Shown: positions 26,407 through 40,220, counted from the whole stretch's first letter. The stretch: DNA of 63,929 nt, filler included, from Reticulomyxa filosa (GCA_000512085.1; 28 parts of 28 records of this genome joined end to end with filler, not necessarily neighbours in it); one strand, 5' to 3'. Notes: generated by a model not told the origin, from the sequence alone. Numbers and translations are program-made.

Positions 26407-26816
26407 TTTTTAGATTATTCGTGATTTGCTCTTAATGCACCATTCACCGCGCCCTTTCCTGCTTTTCTTCTCCGCAACTATCCTAAATTTGAAATGTTCT
26501 ACTTCACATTTGTTTTATTTCTCTTATTTTTATTTTTTGGTTGATCTATATTTTGGATATCGGATGTTCTAAATGATTAGGTTTACTGACGAGACATTTT
26601 ATTGTAAAAACATAAATATCTTAAATATTCCACTTGGACGAGGACCAAAAAAATATATTTCATTTCAGAAATTAGCTACAGCCAGTTGAATACATTTACT
26701 TCTTTCGTCTACAGCTTACATTAGAAAATTTAAATAGCAATCAATACAATGAAGAAACCAAAACAACAAAATACACTAATTTTTTTCTTCGTTTAGACGA
26801 ATACAATGAAAGGAGG

Positions 26817-27725
26817 TCAAGTAGAAAACTGAATAACGTGACAATCAAGTGAGGCCTGATTAACTAATACCAGTTGGCCAGTTTTTTCAAAACAGGGGAC
26901 TGCAACCAGGGTAACTTTTTGACCATGGCCGCCATTAATTTTTTTGATCGCATTATCTTTGCAATTGCCAGCAAAATAAACATTTGGACAATGTTCGATA
27001 ATAAAAGGATCATTGCTTCGAAATGGAACACAGGCCAATGTATCACAAGCTGTCGGCGCAATGTGTCTGGACTCCAAAGTTAGTTCCAAGCACTCAATAC
27101 TGCTGCACGTACTGAATTTTTGCATGTCTTGCACATTCTGTCCAGACGTCCCCAAAAACCTAGCCCGAAAGAACATTGTAACCCAAATTAATAACAACAA
27201 AAGAGTTCCACAAACAAGCAAAACTCGATTGCGTCAATTTCGATTTGGAACGGATTAGAGACGGAGTGGAACGTATCAAAGGAGTGGCTCCAAGGTAATA
27301 AGCACGGATGTATCGGTGGCTGGGGCAGCAGCAAATTGGAAGGATCGTGTTTCCCTGGCATCAAATACACATCCAAAGAGGCACATAACAGAGCTATCCA
27401 ATTGTCAAGTTCCTTCAACCGCTGGGCCAGTGTATTGGCAATTTCGTCTCTTTGCTGTTGTGCCTCCAAACTATATTCATCCTCAAAATCGGAGCCACCT
27501 CCACTCTTATTGGAAGATATTGGAAAATCGCTCCCCAATGCATCGCCCGCTATTATCAACGCTGAAATCTGCTCTGCCGATATCTCACTCCAATCTTCTT
27601 CCTTCCCTTCATTATCATCCGCGTCGTAGCCACACAAATAGTCCACAAGCATCTCAATCCACAAATCGTTGCAGCTGCTTTTCCCAATATTCAAACCCGA
27701 CACTATCGCTACGTATCGCCCCTCG
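26817..27725 (-). CDS. POLD2: DNA polymerase delta small subunit (POLD2/Pol31), C-terminal exons
   Basis: YVAIVSGL..LIIAGD..VYLMPGKHDPSNLLLPQPPIHPCL..VSNP; intron 27224-27160; FLGTSGQNVQD..RHIAPTACDTL..DPFIIEHCPNVYFAGN..VPCFEKTG. Confidence 0.93.
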
Positions 27726-27953
27726 CTTTTTTTTACTTAGTTTTATTTGTCCATTTTTTTTTTTTTTTTTATATTATCATTTTTTTTTTTTTTTTTTTTT
27801 TTTTACACTTTTTTTTTTTTTTTNNNNNNNNNNNNNNNNNNNNNNNNNNNNNNNNNNNNNNNNNNNNTTAATTAATTAANNNNNNNNNNNNNNNNNNNNN
27901 NNNNNNNNNNNNNNNNNNNNNNNAAATATAAATAATTTACGCGTATATACAGG

Positions 27954-28342
27954 TGGGTGTAATAGAAACATTGATAACAATAAAAAAATTGACATTTCAA
28001 GAACTTCTTCGTCAAAGTTATTATTGTTTGAAACAAATAGATTTCGAAAAAATCAATAAAGATAATTTAAAATTGCAATTGGTTGATAATGATGATAACG
28101 TAGTTGAATCGGATGAAGATGTGAAAAAAGAAATTTATACTGATAAATCTATCTTTAAAATAACTTGGGTACCAATAATAATTGGAAAAACAAAAACAGT
28201 AAAAAATGCAATGGTAATAATGGTTGCAATCAGTGAATACACAGATAATGAAACACGGGGGAATCTTCCACTATCTTTCTTCAAAACGAAGAACGGTTTA
28301 CAAAACAAAATAACCTTCAGGAGTATCAGTAGTCAAATTTAA
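27954..28342 (+). pseudogene. Truncated member of a caspase-like (peptidase C14) family
   Basis: KTVKNAMVIMVAISEYTDN..NLP resembles the first strand of caspase-like domains. The frame leaves the family before any His/Cys dyad. Confidence 0.45.
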
Positions 28343-28916
28343 AATAGCGATACAATAGAATCTCATGAAGAAACAGCATATACAAGTATTTCCTTGGAAA
28401 AAAGAAATAACCATGTTTGCCACTACTTTTTTTACAATATTCAAATGTCTTTCAGTTCCAAAACCGTTAAAAGCAACAAAAACAAAGAATTATAACGTTT
28501 AACCGAATGTTCTTTTTCACAAAACTCAAAACAAAAATTTTTTTTATTATTTTTTAAGTCCACATTGCCATGGTTTCCTTTGGTTGATCGAAATTGTTCG
28601 TAATTCAAATTTTCACTTTTTCGTCTTTTCAAAAAGTAGAATTGCATGAGCTGTCGTTGTTAAAAAATTTTTGTCCAAATAATATATGTTTCCATGTTAA
28701 TAAGCACAAAAAACTCAAAAATATTTTGTTAGTTTTATTTCTTTGTAAAGGGTTTGTCATTGATATTATGCATGAGTTACATAAAAAAAGGAACTTCGCG
28801 CATTTCTGCATGAGCAAATAATTGTATACAAAACTAAATAAACAATTATACAAAAAACACAAATAATCAGTATATAGCAGCCGCCACAATATTCAAAAAG
28901 CAAAAACTTAAAATTA

Positions 28917-29056
28917 AAAAAAATAAAAAATTGCAAAAAAAAAATGAAAAAGACGAAAAAGAAAAATTTTAAATTACGAAGCGGCGCCAAGGGCGCCGCT
29001 TGGGTTAAAATATTTCTTTTTGGTTTTTTATTTTTTTTGCAAATTTTTTATTTTTT
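28917..29056. repeat. ~140-bp imperfect palindrome with GC-rich core
   Basis: Core AAGCGGCGCC-aag-GGCGCCGCTT (28979-29001). Flanks aaaaataaaaaattgcaaaaaaaa..aaaaagaaa.attttaa pair with ttaaaat.tttcttttt..ttttttttgcaaattttttattttt. Confidence 0.85.
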
Positions 29057-29816
29057 CCACTGTGCCAAAAAAAATTTTGGAACACTTCCTTTGTCTTTTC
29101 ACATGATAACGATAATGCTTGTCATCTGTCAAAATATACCAAAAATGACCACTAATTTCAAAGATGAAAAAAATAAAACAAAATTGAANNNNNNNNNNNN
29201 NNNNNNNNNNNNNNNNNNNNNNNNNNNNNNNNTTAATTAATTAANNNNNNNNNNNNNNNNNNNNNNNNNNNNNNNNNNNNNNNNNNNNGAAGAAATGCAA
29301 GATAAAGAATAAAAAACTGTCTTATTTTGACTTAATTTTTTTATATGGATTATGTCTCGACGCACTGTTTGTTAACAAAGTTGAAAATTTTGTAACCTTT
29401 TTACTGAAACAAAACTAGCCATTTTATATTCTAACAGACCAAACTAACATAATCAAACTTTTCCAAAAAATTAAACTTTACAATTGAAATAGGTATTCCA
29501 GTTGATAACAACGAAAATTTCTGGAAACCTTGTCCAACAACAAATTGTTGTTTGAAACAAAAAGACAAAAATACCAAAAAATTCACTGTATGTAGTTTCC
29601 TTTTCATTCTTTCAGACAACAACAAACAGTTAAAACAAAAAAAAGTGGTCACAATCAAAAAAGTAAAAAACTGAATGTCATTTCTATGTGAATTTGGCGT
29701 CGTGTAACATAGCGTATATATTATGTCAAGATTGTTTAGAAGGGAAAAAACAAAATTGCAAAAGCAACACAACTCCAAGTTGTTTCTTTTTTTTGTTGTT
29801 CAATGTGCCAATTGCT

Positions 29817-31469
29817 TTACGTTAAATGTGGTTCAGTGGTAGAGGTATCTCCTTTGTTTGGTACTGTTGATGGAATATCGGCAATGTTTACACTTTGGCC
29901 TGTGCTGGAAGTATTGGTCTCACCACTTACACTCGCGCCTTGGGTGTGAGTCTTATCCATGAGTTGTGGTGTATCTATTTCTGTGTCAATATCTTTGTGT
30001 TCAGGCGTTTCAATTGATTTAACTGGTTTGACCCCTGCGACTTTGTAGATTTGTTCCCACCGAGAAGCTCTTCGAATGTCCTATGCATTGTGGAATATTG
30101 CCAATATTGTTCTTTCATTCATTTCACATATGTGCTTCTTCTTCTCTGTATTTTTTTTCTCAAAGCCGAAAAGAAAAAAAAAGTAGCTTTTCGTTCGCGT
30201 GAAAGATGAAGTTGTCTTTGATCAAACTCGTGTACGAGCGATACTTGTCTTGCGAACTTGTCTTCAGGTGGTGCCAGTAACGTGCCCTCTGGTTCATCGT
30301 TCGGACTGGTTGGACTATAAGGGGTATAAGGGGTGTTTGTTGATGATTGATCGTTAAGTTCTTTGTTCAGTTGTTCGCGTTTTTTTTGGAATTCAGTATC
30401 CAAACTATGCCAATATTCACTATCTACTCCTTCGTAGAAATGTTGCAATTCCTCGGACATTTGGACAATTGTTGAGTTCCAATGTCCTCGAATGTTCTAT
30501 TTCAATCCACGCCCAATAAAAAAAAAGCTTTTGTCACAAGACATAAGGCGTATAAGCCCGAGACATAGAGTTGGAAAGAAAAAAATAAGTGTGGACATTA
30601 ACTTCTTTTAGCAACGCAAATAATTTTCTCCAAACGTATTCTTTTTCACGCTTGGACAAATAAACAATAACGGTATCTTTCCAAAGAGTCAAGGCTGTGT
30701 CTGCAACTTGGAAATGAGTTGATCCGACACATGTCAATATTTGGTCGAGTGTTGATCTCTGTGTTGGTAATTATTATTATTATTATTTTTTTTCTTCTCT
30801 CTCTCAATTCAAACAAAACGAAAGAAGTGGATAGAACATAGAATTGAGGCAACCAACCAAAATGTCTTTATAGTCTTGATATTCAAAACCTTTTTCATGT
30901 TCAACTAACGCACCAACAATACTGAGCATTTCTCGCAAAAAAAATGCTTGTTTGGTTGGTGATAAATGAGGCCAGAACTATTCATGTACAACCCGACCAT
31001 ACACACTCTTTCTATTTTATTTTGTTGTTGTTTTGATCAGAAGAAGGGAAAGAAAAAAAAGGAGAACGGAAGTGCATGTTGAAATGTAGCATAGGAGGAT
31101 GAAGAGGGAAATTACAGAGGATACCAATGATGGGAATAACAAAAGAAAAAAAAACGTGTGATTGCGAAACTTTAAGCAAGCCTCCCAAAATCACGGACGC
31201 AACAGCTGGATTTTTATTCACAAACAATACACAGCAGTCTGCAAGTTGATTGAAATACATTTCATATTTGTCGCACTACACAGATCAATCAATCAAAAAA
31301 CAAACAAATACATCAATCGCCAATCAAATCTACTTCTATTTATTTATTATATACATATGCATGCATATGCAATATAATGTCAACTTTGTGTAATGGGATC
31401 AACACATTTCTTAAAAAATCTTTGTGTTCCTCTTTCACTGGCACAGTGAATCCGTTGATGATACTTGCT
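29817..31469 (-). CDS. PPP2R5: PP2A regulatory subunit B56 (B') family, C-terminal exons
   Basis: [94 protein letters not shown] and RASRWEQI are all B56 motifs, in order across the introns. Confidence 0.92.
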
Positions 31470-31859
31470 GCACAAAACCAAAAGCAAACANNNNNNNNNN
31501 NNNNNNNNNNNNNNNNNNNNNNNNNNNNNNNNNNTTAATTAATTAANNNNNNNNNNNNNNNNNNNNNNNNNNNNNNNNNNNNNNNNNNNNTATTTCAAGT
31601 TTTCAAATAATATTCTGTGTTCTTCCAAACAGAATGAAAATTTTATTCAAATATCAAAATAAATTATAAGATATTTTAAGTCGAGCAAGATTGTTTTTGT
31701 AGTAATTCATGATAAAATTTTTTTAATTATGCTTTTCATAAAACAGAAAATTATCCCCAAATATGAATGGGCCTTTGTGTGAACTATAACACAAATTCAA
31801 ATTATGTTCGATATTCTTTTTTTTCTTTTTCAATCTAATAAATTTAAGACTAAGTATTC

Positions 31860-32110
31860 GAGTATCTTCGTTCTCATATCCTTTGAACACTTTTATCTCT
31901 TGATCCAGATAATATTGTATTTAATAATCAATTTGATCCATATTTTACGATCTTAATCAAATGTATATGTCCATTGAATACATTCAATTGTTTTGTTGTT
32001 TCAATATACCATATTCGAATGGTATTATCACATGATCCAGAACAAATTGTATATCTATTTCAACCACATTTTTGACTATTGTAATATTGTATAACGCACG
32101 ATCTGGAATG
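31860..32110 (-). pseudogene. WD40-repeat remnant
   Basis: Minus strand reads YTICSGSCDNTIRIWYIETTKQLNVFNGH..VKYGSN*LLNTILSGSRDKSV. Confidence 0.75.
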
Positions 32111-34249
32111 AGAAAAATCACATAACGTAAACAAGTCTAAAATAAAATACATTTATAAATTTGTCAAAATAATGACATAATAAACACACACCAAAACTTG
32201 GACCATAATTATAGTAATTACAGATTGCATAATCACTATGATTAGACTTGATGTCAATTTACTTCTTTATACTTTTGGTAAATAAGATAATAATAATTTA
32301 ATAAAGAAAATGGTACAATTTCATCGATCACTTCAAGGAAACAAATAATTGAACTTCATATGTGTTGAACAACTAATTAAACTGATGTTTGAGAAACATG
32401 TTGAACAATATTGTGTCCACTTTGAAAATCTATAAACAAACAAGCAAAAAGAAATGTAGTTGCGATTTAACGTGTGGAAAAAAATATAACAAAACATATT
32501 TTTGTCTAGAGTCTAGAAAAATGAGTTGTTGGAAATCAAACCAACAGACTGGTCATTCATTTGGTGTATCTATGTAATATATACAAAACCAGAATAATAT
32601 GATGATAGTTGACTGTAACAAGAGCTCTTTGCGAATGTGCGATCGTGTTAAATTCAAGATTCTTTCTTAGATCATTTTAGGATCAACATAAATAATTGTA
32701 ATTTTTGGTCTATCATTATTTTTTATGCAAAAATATTCATGAAATGTGGATGTAACAAACACAAAAGTAATAATTACACAATTAAAACACAAGTAGTAAA
32801 GTAGAAAAAATTTTGATTTAATGACTGAGTACATAGTATACACTTTTAAAATTTAACAACATTATTTTTAAAAAAATTTTAACAAAATTAACAATTAATT
32901 TTTTTTATGTTTTTTTTCATTTTTCATTAAATTTTATGTATCATCAATTTTGCTTTTCACTATATAATTGATTTTAAGGATTCGACAAATTAGTTTTACT
33001 GAATCCTGGGTTTTATTTTCTAACAACAAATATATTAAAGAAAAGTGCTTTTAAGGATCTGTATGAAATAAATAAATCAATTTTCTTTATTAAATAATTT
33101 CTTATAATACACTATAAGTACTTTTTTGTAAATGCAATTAAACCAACAATGAAATAATGTTATATTTAATAATTAAAATTAGTATTGTATTGAAATAACT
33201 AGCTCATTTTCCTTCCAAATTTACAAAATCATTTGAAAAAGTGAATTTTTATTCTACATAGAAAAATCTTATTAAAAAGTCAATTCTATATTTAAATTCT
33301 TCAAATATTTTATATTAAAAAAGTTAGGATTAAATGGTTGTTTTTCATTGAGAAAATCGATTTCTTCATAAAGTAGCATAATAATGCCATTTTTTTTTGC
33401 AAATTACTGTACTTTAAATAGACAATTGTTTATAGTTTTTCAAAAAACATTCATTGTCTTATGAATTTGTTCAAAACAAAAATTTATTTACTTGTTGCAA
33501 ATACAATATTGTGTAGATAATGAAAGTTTTCTTTCCTAAAATAAGAAAAAATTTAATTTACTAAAGTACAAGAGACAAAAATGTAATCATTAAATTGAAA
33601 ATCTAAACAATTAGATTTTTTTAAACAAAACAATATTTTTAGTGATATCAATTTTCTAATATGTCTATCCTTTGATCAATCTTGTCATTTGTTTTATTGA
33701 TTTACTCAAGTTTGACATTGATTTTTTTGAAAAGGATAGAAATTCACATTTTGTTTTGTTTCTTCATATGTGTTATAATGTTATTTTCTACAATTTGGTT
33801 CCCTTGATCAAGATGATATTATTGACTAATATTTAATCCAACTTGGTCATGAACGTCATAATGCTGCAAATTGAGTACAATCCAATTGATGTAATGTCAG
33901 ATTAGCTTTCGATTTTGATTTATTCTAGCACTTCATTTAATTTTTTAGTCATATATTTTGATGATTATCATTTATTTAATGCAACAAAACAACGTTTTGT
34001 CTTCATCATAATAATTGAAAAAATAGTATGTTCAATTGAATAAATAATGTTATAGCCAAATATCATAGTTGGTTAATATTTTTATTTTTACATGAATCAT
34101 CGCTTTTTCACCTGGAATTATCGTTTGATTTAGCATTAACATATTTGAAAATTACAAAATTTATTTCAACAGGAATTTATATCAAAAAGAAATTTTCGAA
34201 ATCAAAATATAACGATGAGCAATATTGAAGATGATGTGAAAACTTCGGA

Positions 34250-34600
34250 CCAAAGATGTTTTAGCAAGAGTTGGATATTTGATATGAATGACTAAAGCAA
34301 GGTCAAAAATTTTATAGTTTAATTTGCAAACAATCCAGTTGAAATATTTGCATCATGTACAATAATCAATCATTAATTACTGTAAGTACTGATAACTACA
34401 TATTTACAAAATAATAATTGAAAGTGACATGTTGGAAATCATGATATATGTGATTACTATCAATCAAATATTACAAGACCAAATTAATGAATTTGATATT
34501 TTATGCTTAACACAATTTGAACAACATATCCTAGAAAAAGAAAATATAAAGATTTGTGGATTTAAAGAGAAGATTGGAATATGAATATGCATTAAGTAAT
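34250..34600 (+). pseudogene. Highly decayed RING/TRAF-type zinc-finger remnant
   Basis: Fragments CFSKSWI..NF..ANNPVEI..C and CGFKEKI, broken by stops and shifts. Confidence 0.35.
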
Positions 34601-37600
34601 TCATGCCAATTAAATAAATAAATACTAGAAAAATTTTGGATGTAATTACAGAATTCAAAAAGATGAAAAATATAATCAAAAAACAACGTGTATTTTTTAT
34701 TTTTTTTGTGAAATATTTGTCTTACATTTGTACCATTAAAAAAGAGAAAGTCAAAAGATTATTATGGTATTTATCTATTTTATGGTTCAAAAAAAGGTGC
34801 AATTTATATTTGGGAATAAATATTCATGCAAAAAGGATGCAAAATTTAATTAAGATAATAATGTATTTATAAAATTATTTAGTGGCCTTTTTGAAACTGT
34901 ATTTAAATAAATTTTGTGCAGTATTTGGATCTTTAAATAAGCAAGTAAAAACTTTATTTTAGATATTTTTTTTCTGTATGTGTAAGCCAAAAAAGAGGTG
35001 GCTTGGGGAGATATGTAATAAATGATAATTATGGAGGCAATTTAGTAGTAAAGAAAGTTTATAAGATGAATATACACAAATGATATGGGTGCAAATAAGT
35101 GCAATGTGGAATCATAAAATTGATTTAATCTTATTTAATTGGAAATATCAATCAAACTAAATTATTGTTTGAATTTGAACAATGGAAATTTCGAGATAAC
35201 AATGAACAAAATTACAAAAAAGGGAGTTAAATATTTGTTAACAATGATAAAATATTAATAAAAAATTGTTGATTCTCACTAATAAAAGTAAAAAAAAACT
35301 TGATAAATTTTATAAAAAATATATCCAAAAGAAACTTAAAATATAATAACTTACATAGATTCGCTGCACATTTTTTTTTTGCAAATATCAAAATTTCAAA
35401 TAACGAATCAAAATAGATAATTCACACAATTAAAATTGACCCCTTTTTGTCCGAACAACGTGTAAACCCTGTTACAGCATCAAAATGACGAGTAAGCCTA
35501 CTCACATATTTGATCTTTTTTTCTCGTGTATAATATTCAAAATCCTTGCATAAAAACGTCGACGCCGACAAATAAAACAAAATAAAATGTAAATCTAAGC
35601 ATATTCTAGAGATTCATCAATCAACTCCTCATTCTTAAATGGTTAACTCTAAGAATACATTGGAATAATGTTTAAGAAAGTATTTAAAACAATGAATCTC
35701 AGTGTTGAATGAAATTTCCATCATGAAATGTCAATACAAAGTATCTTCTTCTTCTATACTAACAGTGAATGCAATCTGTCTCCATCACAACTTGCAATAA
35801 AAGCAGTCAAAGCCATCAAAGTAGTCAAGTAACTAGAAAAGAGTTATTGGACGGCATCATCACAATTGTACTAACGTACAACAACATAAACGCCATTAAT
35901 CAAAAATGAACGCACATTGTGAGTGTCTTTACAGGAAAAAAAAGCATTATAAATGGAGATGATGTCCAAGTAATAGTTATAATATATATTTTTAATCTTT
36001 CTTTAAAATTATAAAATGTAACTTTGTTTGTGAATATAGGTCTAGCGCAATGAGGACATGGCAGGCACAGTATCTTAAAAAGGAGTTGGAAGATATTGAG
36101 GAAATTTAAAATAAGGGGTAGGAGAAAATTGAAAATAATGGAGTGGAGAAAAAAAGAAAATACAGTAGATTGCAAAAAAAACTAACATACCTAAATGGCA
36201 CTATANNNNNNNNNNNNNNNNNNNNNNNNNNNNNNNNNNNNNNNNNNNNTTAATTAATTAANNNNNNNNNNNNNNNNNNNNNNNNNNNNNNNNNNNNNNN
36301 NNNNNTCGTCTCAATATTCCTACATGTTTATATCCAAAAATTATATGTTTGATTGATTTGTTCATGAAGAATATAATATTAATAATTGTAGTTCATGTAG
36401 TTGTAAGTTAGATTACAATTATGAAATAAGTAGACAACTTTTTTAAATTAAGTCAAATCTTTTTACTAGTACAAATAATAGAAAATTGCAATTATACACA
36501 ATGCAAAACTAAACCTGCTGGAGTCTATATTAAATTCAAATCAGAAAAAACATAAGTTAACTTATCAATACAACTAAATGCGCTTTCTTATATTTTGTAC
36601 GAATCATTAATCACTTACTATTTAACAAAAAGCAGCAATTATATTGGAACATTGTTTTGCACTTATTACGCTTAAATATCAAAGCTTTTGTTTAAATAAT
36701 GCAACAAAAAATCTTATTGCTGAAACACGAAATTATCATTGAAATATCAAATTCAAAATATGAAACAATAAATTGACAATAAATCACCCAGCAAATCATT
36801 ATTAAGTCTTTGAATAAGCATTAGTATCATAACAATACTTGGGCTCATCAATAAACTGCAAATGTCATTATTTTTTGCACATGATAAACAGTTTATGATA
36901 AAAGTCTATTCAAAGTGCAATTAGTTTCTCAAACATGATATTTTTTCTTTTTTGTGGATGTTACTGTTGAATTGATTGTGTTAACTCAACAAATATTACA
37001 TTTATTATATCGATATTATTCTATTTTGATACGATCAATCAATTGTGATTAAAAGACTTAAAACTACGTACATATTAATGTTACAATTTTTTGTATAATG
37101 CTGTCTTTGTACAATTTTTGCTAAACGATTATTGTCTTTGCATTTTCGGCAATTGTTTCAATATATTTTTTCAACTTATTTTGCTTAAACTTTGCGCGAT
37201 CGAATAAACATATGTATATTGTCATTCAGCATAGTCAAAAGAACTTAAACAAACTTCATAAAACAGTCAAAATTATGTAATTGTGCGTTGATACTGTTGT
37301 AGTTTAACTAAATAATAAACATTAACAAAAGACTTTATAAAAGCTAAAAAAAATAATTTAGAACTGGCCCTTTTTTAGACTTTATATCAATTACAATTTA
37401 TTTATTAAATTTATAATTATTGACGTCTTTTTTCGAATTTAAATATATAATTTTTTTTATCACGCATGATTTGTTTCTTTTATAAAGTTTTAAAATTCAA
37501 AAAAATTTCACACAAAAATAGCTGAAAGCTCCAAAATGACTTTGTAATGACATTTTTTTTAGTTTCATTTCCAATTTATTAACATTAAAAATAATATGTT

Positions 37601-38011
37601 TATGTAGCTATTAAAGATGCAATCGTCGTAATATAGATAACTTTTTTAAAATAAATAAAGTCAAGTCTTTCAACTACAATAACTTCAGTAGCGACAATAA
37701 ATAAAAATATCTATGCAAATGCGAATTCAATTCAGATTAGAATAACCTGCAGCATGATCATATTTCATCATTAAAACGTAAATAACTCTTAGAGATAAAA
37801 TGTGTCCCAACAAGCAATGCAAAGAGCTTATTTCTCAAAGAAAATGTTCTGTGCTTGCTCTTAAATCTTTTAGCAGCTAAAACGTACATTGTCCGGTTAT
37901 TTTTTAATATTTTGTTATACTTGTCTTAAAAAGAAAAGCATGAATCCTGACTTAAACTTTTTAATTTTTTTTTTTTGAAATTGAAGTTCATAGTGGGACA
38001 TAATTTGAAGC

Positions 38012-38622
38012 ATGGTAAGTTTGCTCTTTGTTAGAACAGCATACGTTAATATTTACGATTATTTTGTTTTCAATCCTCATAGCCACAAAACGAATTCATT
38101 GAAAGACATCGCAAGCTCTTTGGTCGAAGACTAGATTGGAACTTCCGACAGTTTGACAGACCAAAACACAACAACAAAACAGTCCAACTAAAAAATTGAT
38201 GATGAGTTAGTAAGCGAGTTTGGATTTGTGTGTGCATGTGTAAATAAAAATATAATAGAATAAAGAAGGAGCGAAGACAGTTTAAGAAAGATGCAAAATT
38301 GGCAAGAAAGCTGCACGGTCGCAGAGCGAAGCAGCTGACAAAAAAGAGATATAAACAAAAGATCGAATTGAAGAAGCAAATCAACGCACATCAAGAAAAG
38401 GAGGATAAACACAAAAACGAGCAAGCGACGCCAGAGGGAGCCGTCCCTGCATATTTGTTAGACAGAGAAGGAGTATCTCGTTCCAAAGTTAAGTTTGTTT
38501 GTTGTTTTTTTTTTTATAAAAAAAAAAGGGATCAAGTTTGAAAAGTTCATTGTTGACAAGTATGTTTGGGGGTGGAAAAATAGGTATTGTCGAATACGAT
38601 AAAACAAAAACGCAAAGAAAAA
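38012..38622 (+). CDS. NSA2: Ribosome biogenesis protein NSA2, N-terminal exons
   Basis: Exons 38012-38014 (ATG), 38083-38150, 38259-38487 and 38584-38622 give [52 protein letters not shown]. Confidence 0.95.
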
Positions 38623-38739
38623 NNNNNNNNNNNNNNNNNNNNNNNNNNNNNNNNNNNNNNNNNNNNTTAATTAATTAANNNNNNNNNNNNNNNNNNNNNN
38701 NNNNNNNNNNNNNNNNNNNNNNCCCTTTATTACTGTTTA

Positions 38740-40220
38740 CAGTTGCGACAAAAAAAAAATTAGCCAAACCTAAAATATGAACTTTTTGTGTTTCTAACGA
38801 AAATTTGAGTAGCAAATTGTTATGATTTTTCTGGTTTACTGGATATACATTTACACTTTTATAAGTAGTTTGTAAAAACAATAAACAAAAATTTAGAAAA
38901 TGATTGGACCTTGAGGTAGCAGAATGTATTTTACAAAATTATTTATAAGAAGATGCTTCCACAGTAGATATATAATAATTACCGTTACAGCCAACAAAAA
39001 TTCTTAATATTTCGTATGCTCACCCCTTGCTTTGATTAAAGCTTTTATCATATCGGGCATGGATTCCACTAACTTTCTACAAATATCTTTGTCAATATCT
39101 TCCCATTTTTTCTCAACACATCACAAAGCTGATCCAAAGATGTAATCTCATGGTTTTGGTTGATCTTCATCTTTATAATTCGCCACAGATTCTGGATTGA
39201 GGTCTGTGCTATGCGGAGGATGTTCTAATAGCGCTATTCGATGATTCTCCGAAAATTCCATAGTTGAATTTGACTTGTGACAAGATGCATTGCTGAAAGA
39301 TAAAGTCCTCCTGATACTTTTCTTCGAGACAATATTGACGAGAGCTCCACATTTCGTCAGCGAGAGTCTCTTTATACAGCACAGAGTTAACAGTTTATAT
39401 GACTTTAGGCAGCATCACCAAATCATCATGCTTCCTCCAATACCTTTCACAGTAGGCTTAGTGGTATGATCGGAATCATTTCATTAGGTCTTCACCAAAC
39501 GTATTCTTTTCCGTCACTTCCGAAACGATTTATTTTCGTTTTATCGGAAAAAATTACTTTTTTTCCACTCACTTTTGGTCCATGATTTGTGTTTTTTAGC
39601 GAACTCTAAAGTGACATTTTATGACGCTTAGTTAACCAATGCTTTTTGATACGTATGCGACCATTTAAACACTGGTATTTTAAAATACTTTTTTATATGT
39701 TCGTGCGAGCAAATATACTGCTGCTTATGCCTCTCCAAAGTAAATTAAGCTAATCTCTATCAGTCCACGTTTTAGGACATCCAGAGCATCTTTTGGTGTA
39801 ATCGTTCCACTGTTGAGGATGCTGAGGTAAAATTTTTTTGCTGTGTTGTGATGTATCCCAAATTGCTGGCCAGCATCACGATACGACTTTCACATACGTA
39901 TTCTTTCAAATAAAATTCATTGTTGTATTCCAGACAGCTTGTGAGTCATGACTAGAAGCCAAAGAATAACAATAAAAACAAAAAACTTGTTGGAATGTTG
40001 AAAAAGAAAAGTTTAGATGGAAAATTGTGACCGCAACTAAAGCAAGTCCAACAGGAAAACTACCACCTTCCAATTATTTTTGAAAATTTTTTTACAACAA
40101 CTTTTATAAATTTTGTTTATTGTTTTTAAAAACTACTTACAAAAGTGTAAACGTATATCCAGTAAACCAGAAAAAATCATAACAATTTGCTACTCAAATT
40201 TTTATTAGAAACACAAAAAA
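38740..40220 (-). mobile_element. Tc1/mariner (IS630-Tc1) DNA transposon with long TIRs and a dead transposase
   Basis: Left end TA|CAGTTGCGACAAAA. Inverted repeats of ~115 bp at 38782-38895 and 40107-40220. Minus-strand remnants 39949-39004: VIFSDKTKINRFGSDG, GGSMMIW, NASCHKS, LLEHPPHSTDLNP, SMPDMIKALIKA..HTKY. Confidence 0.92.
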
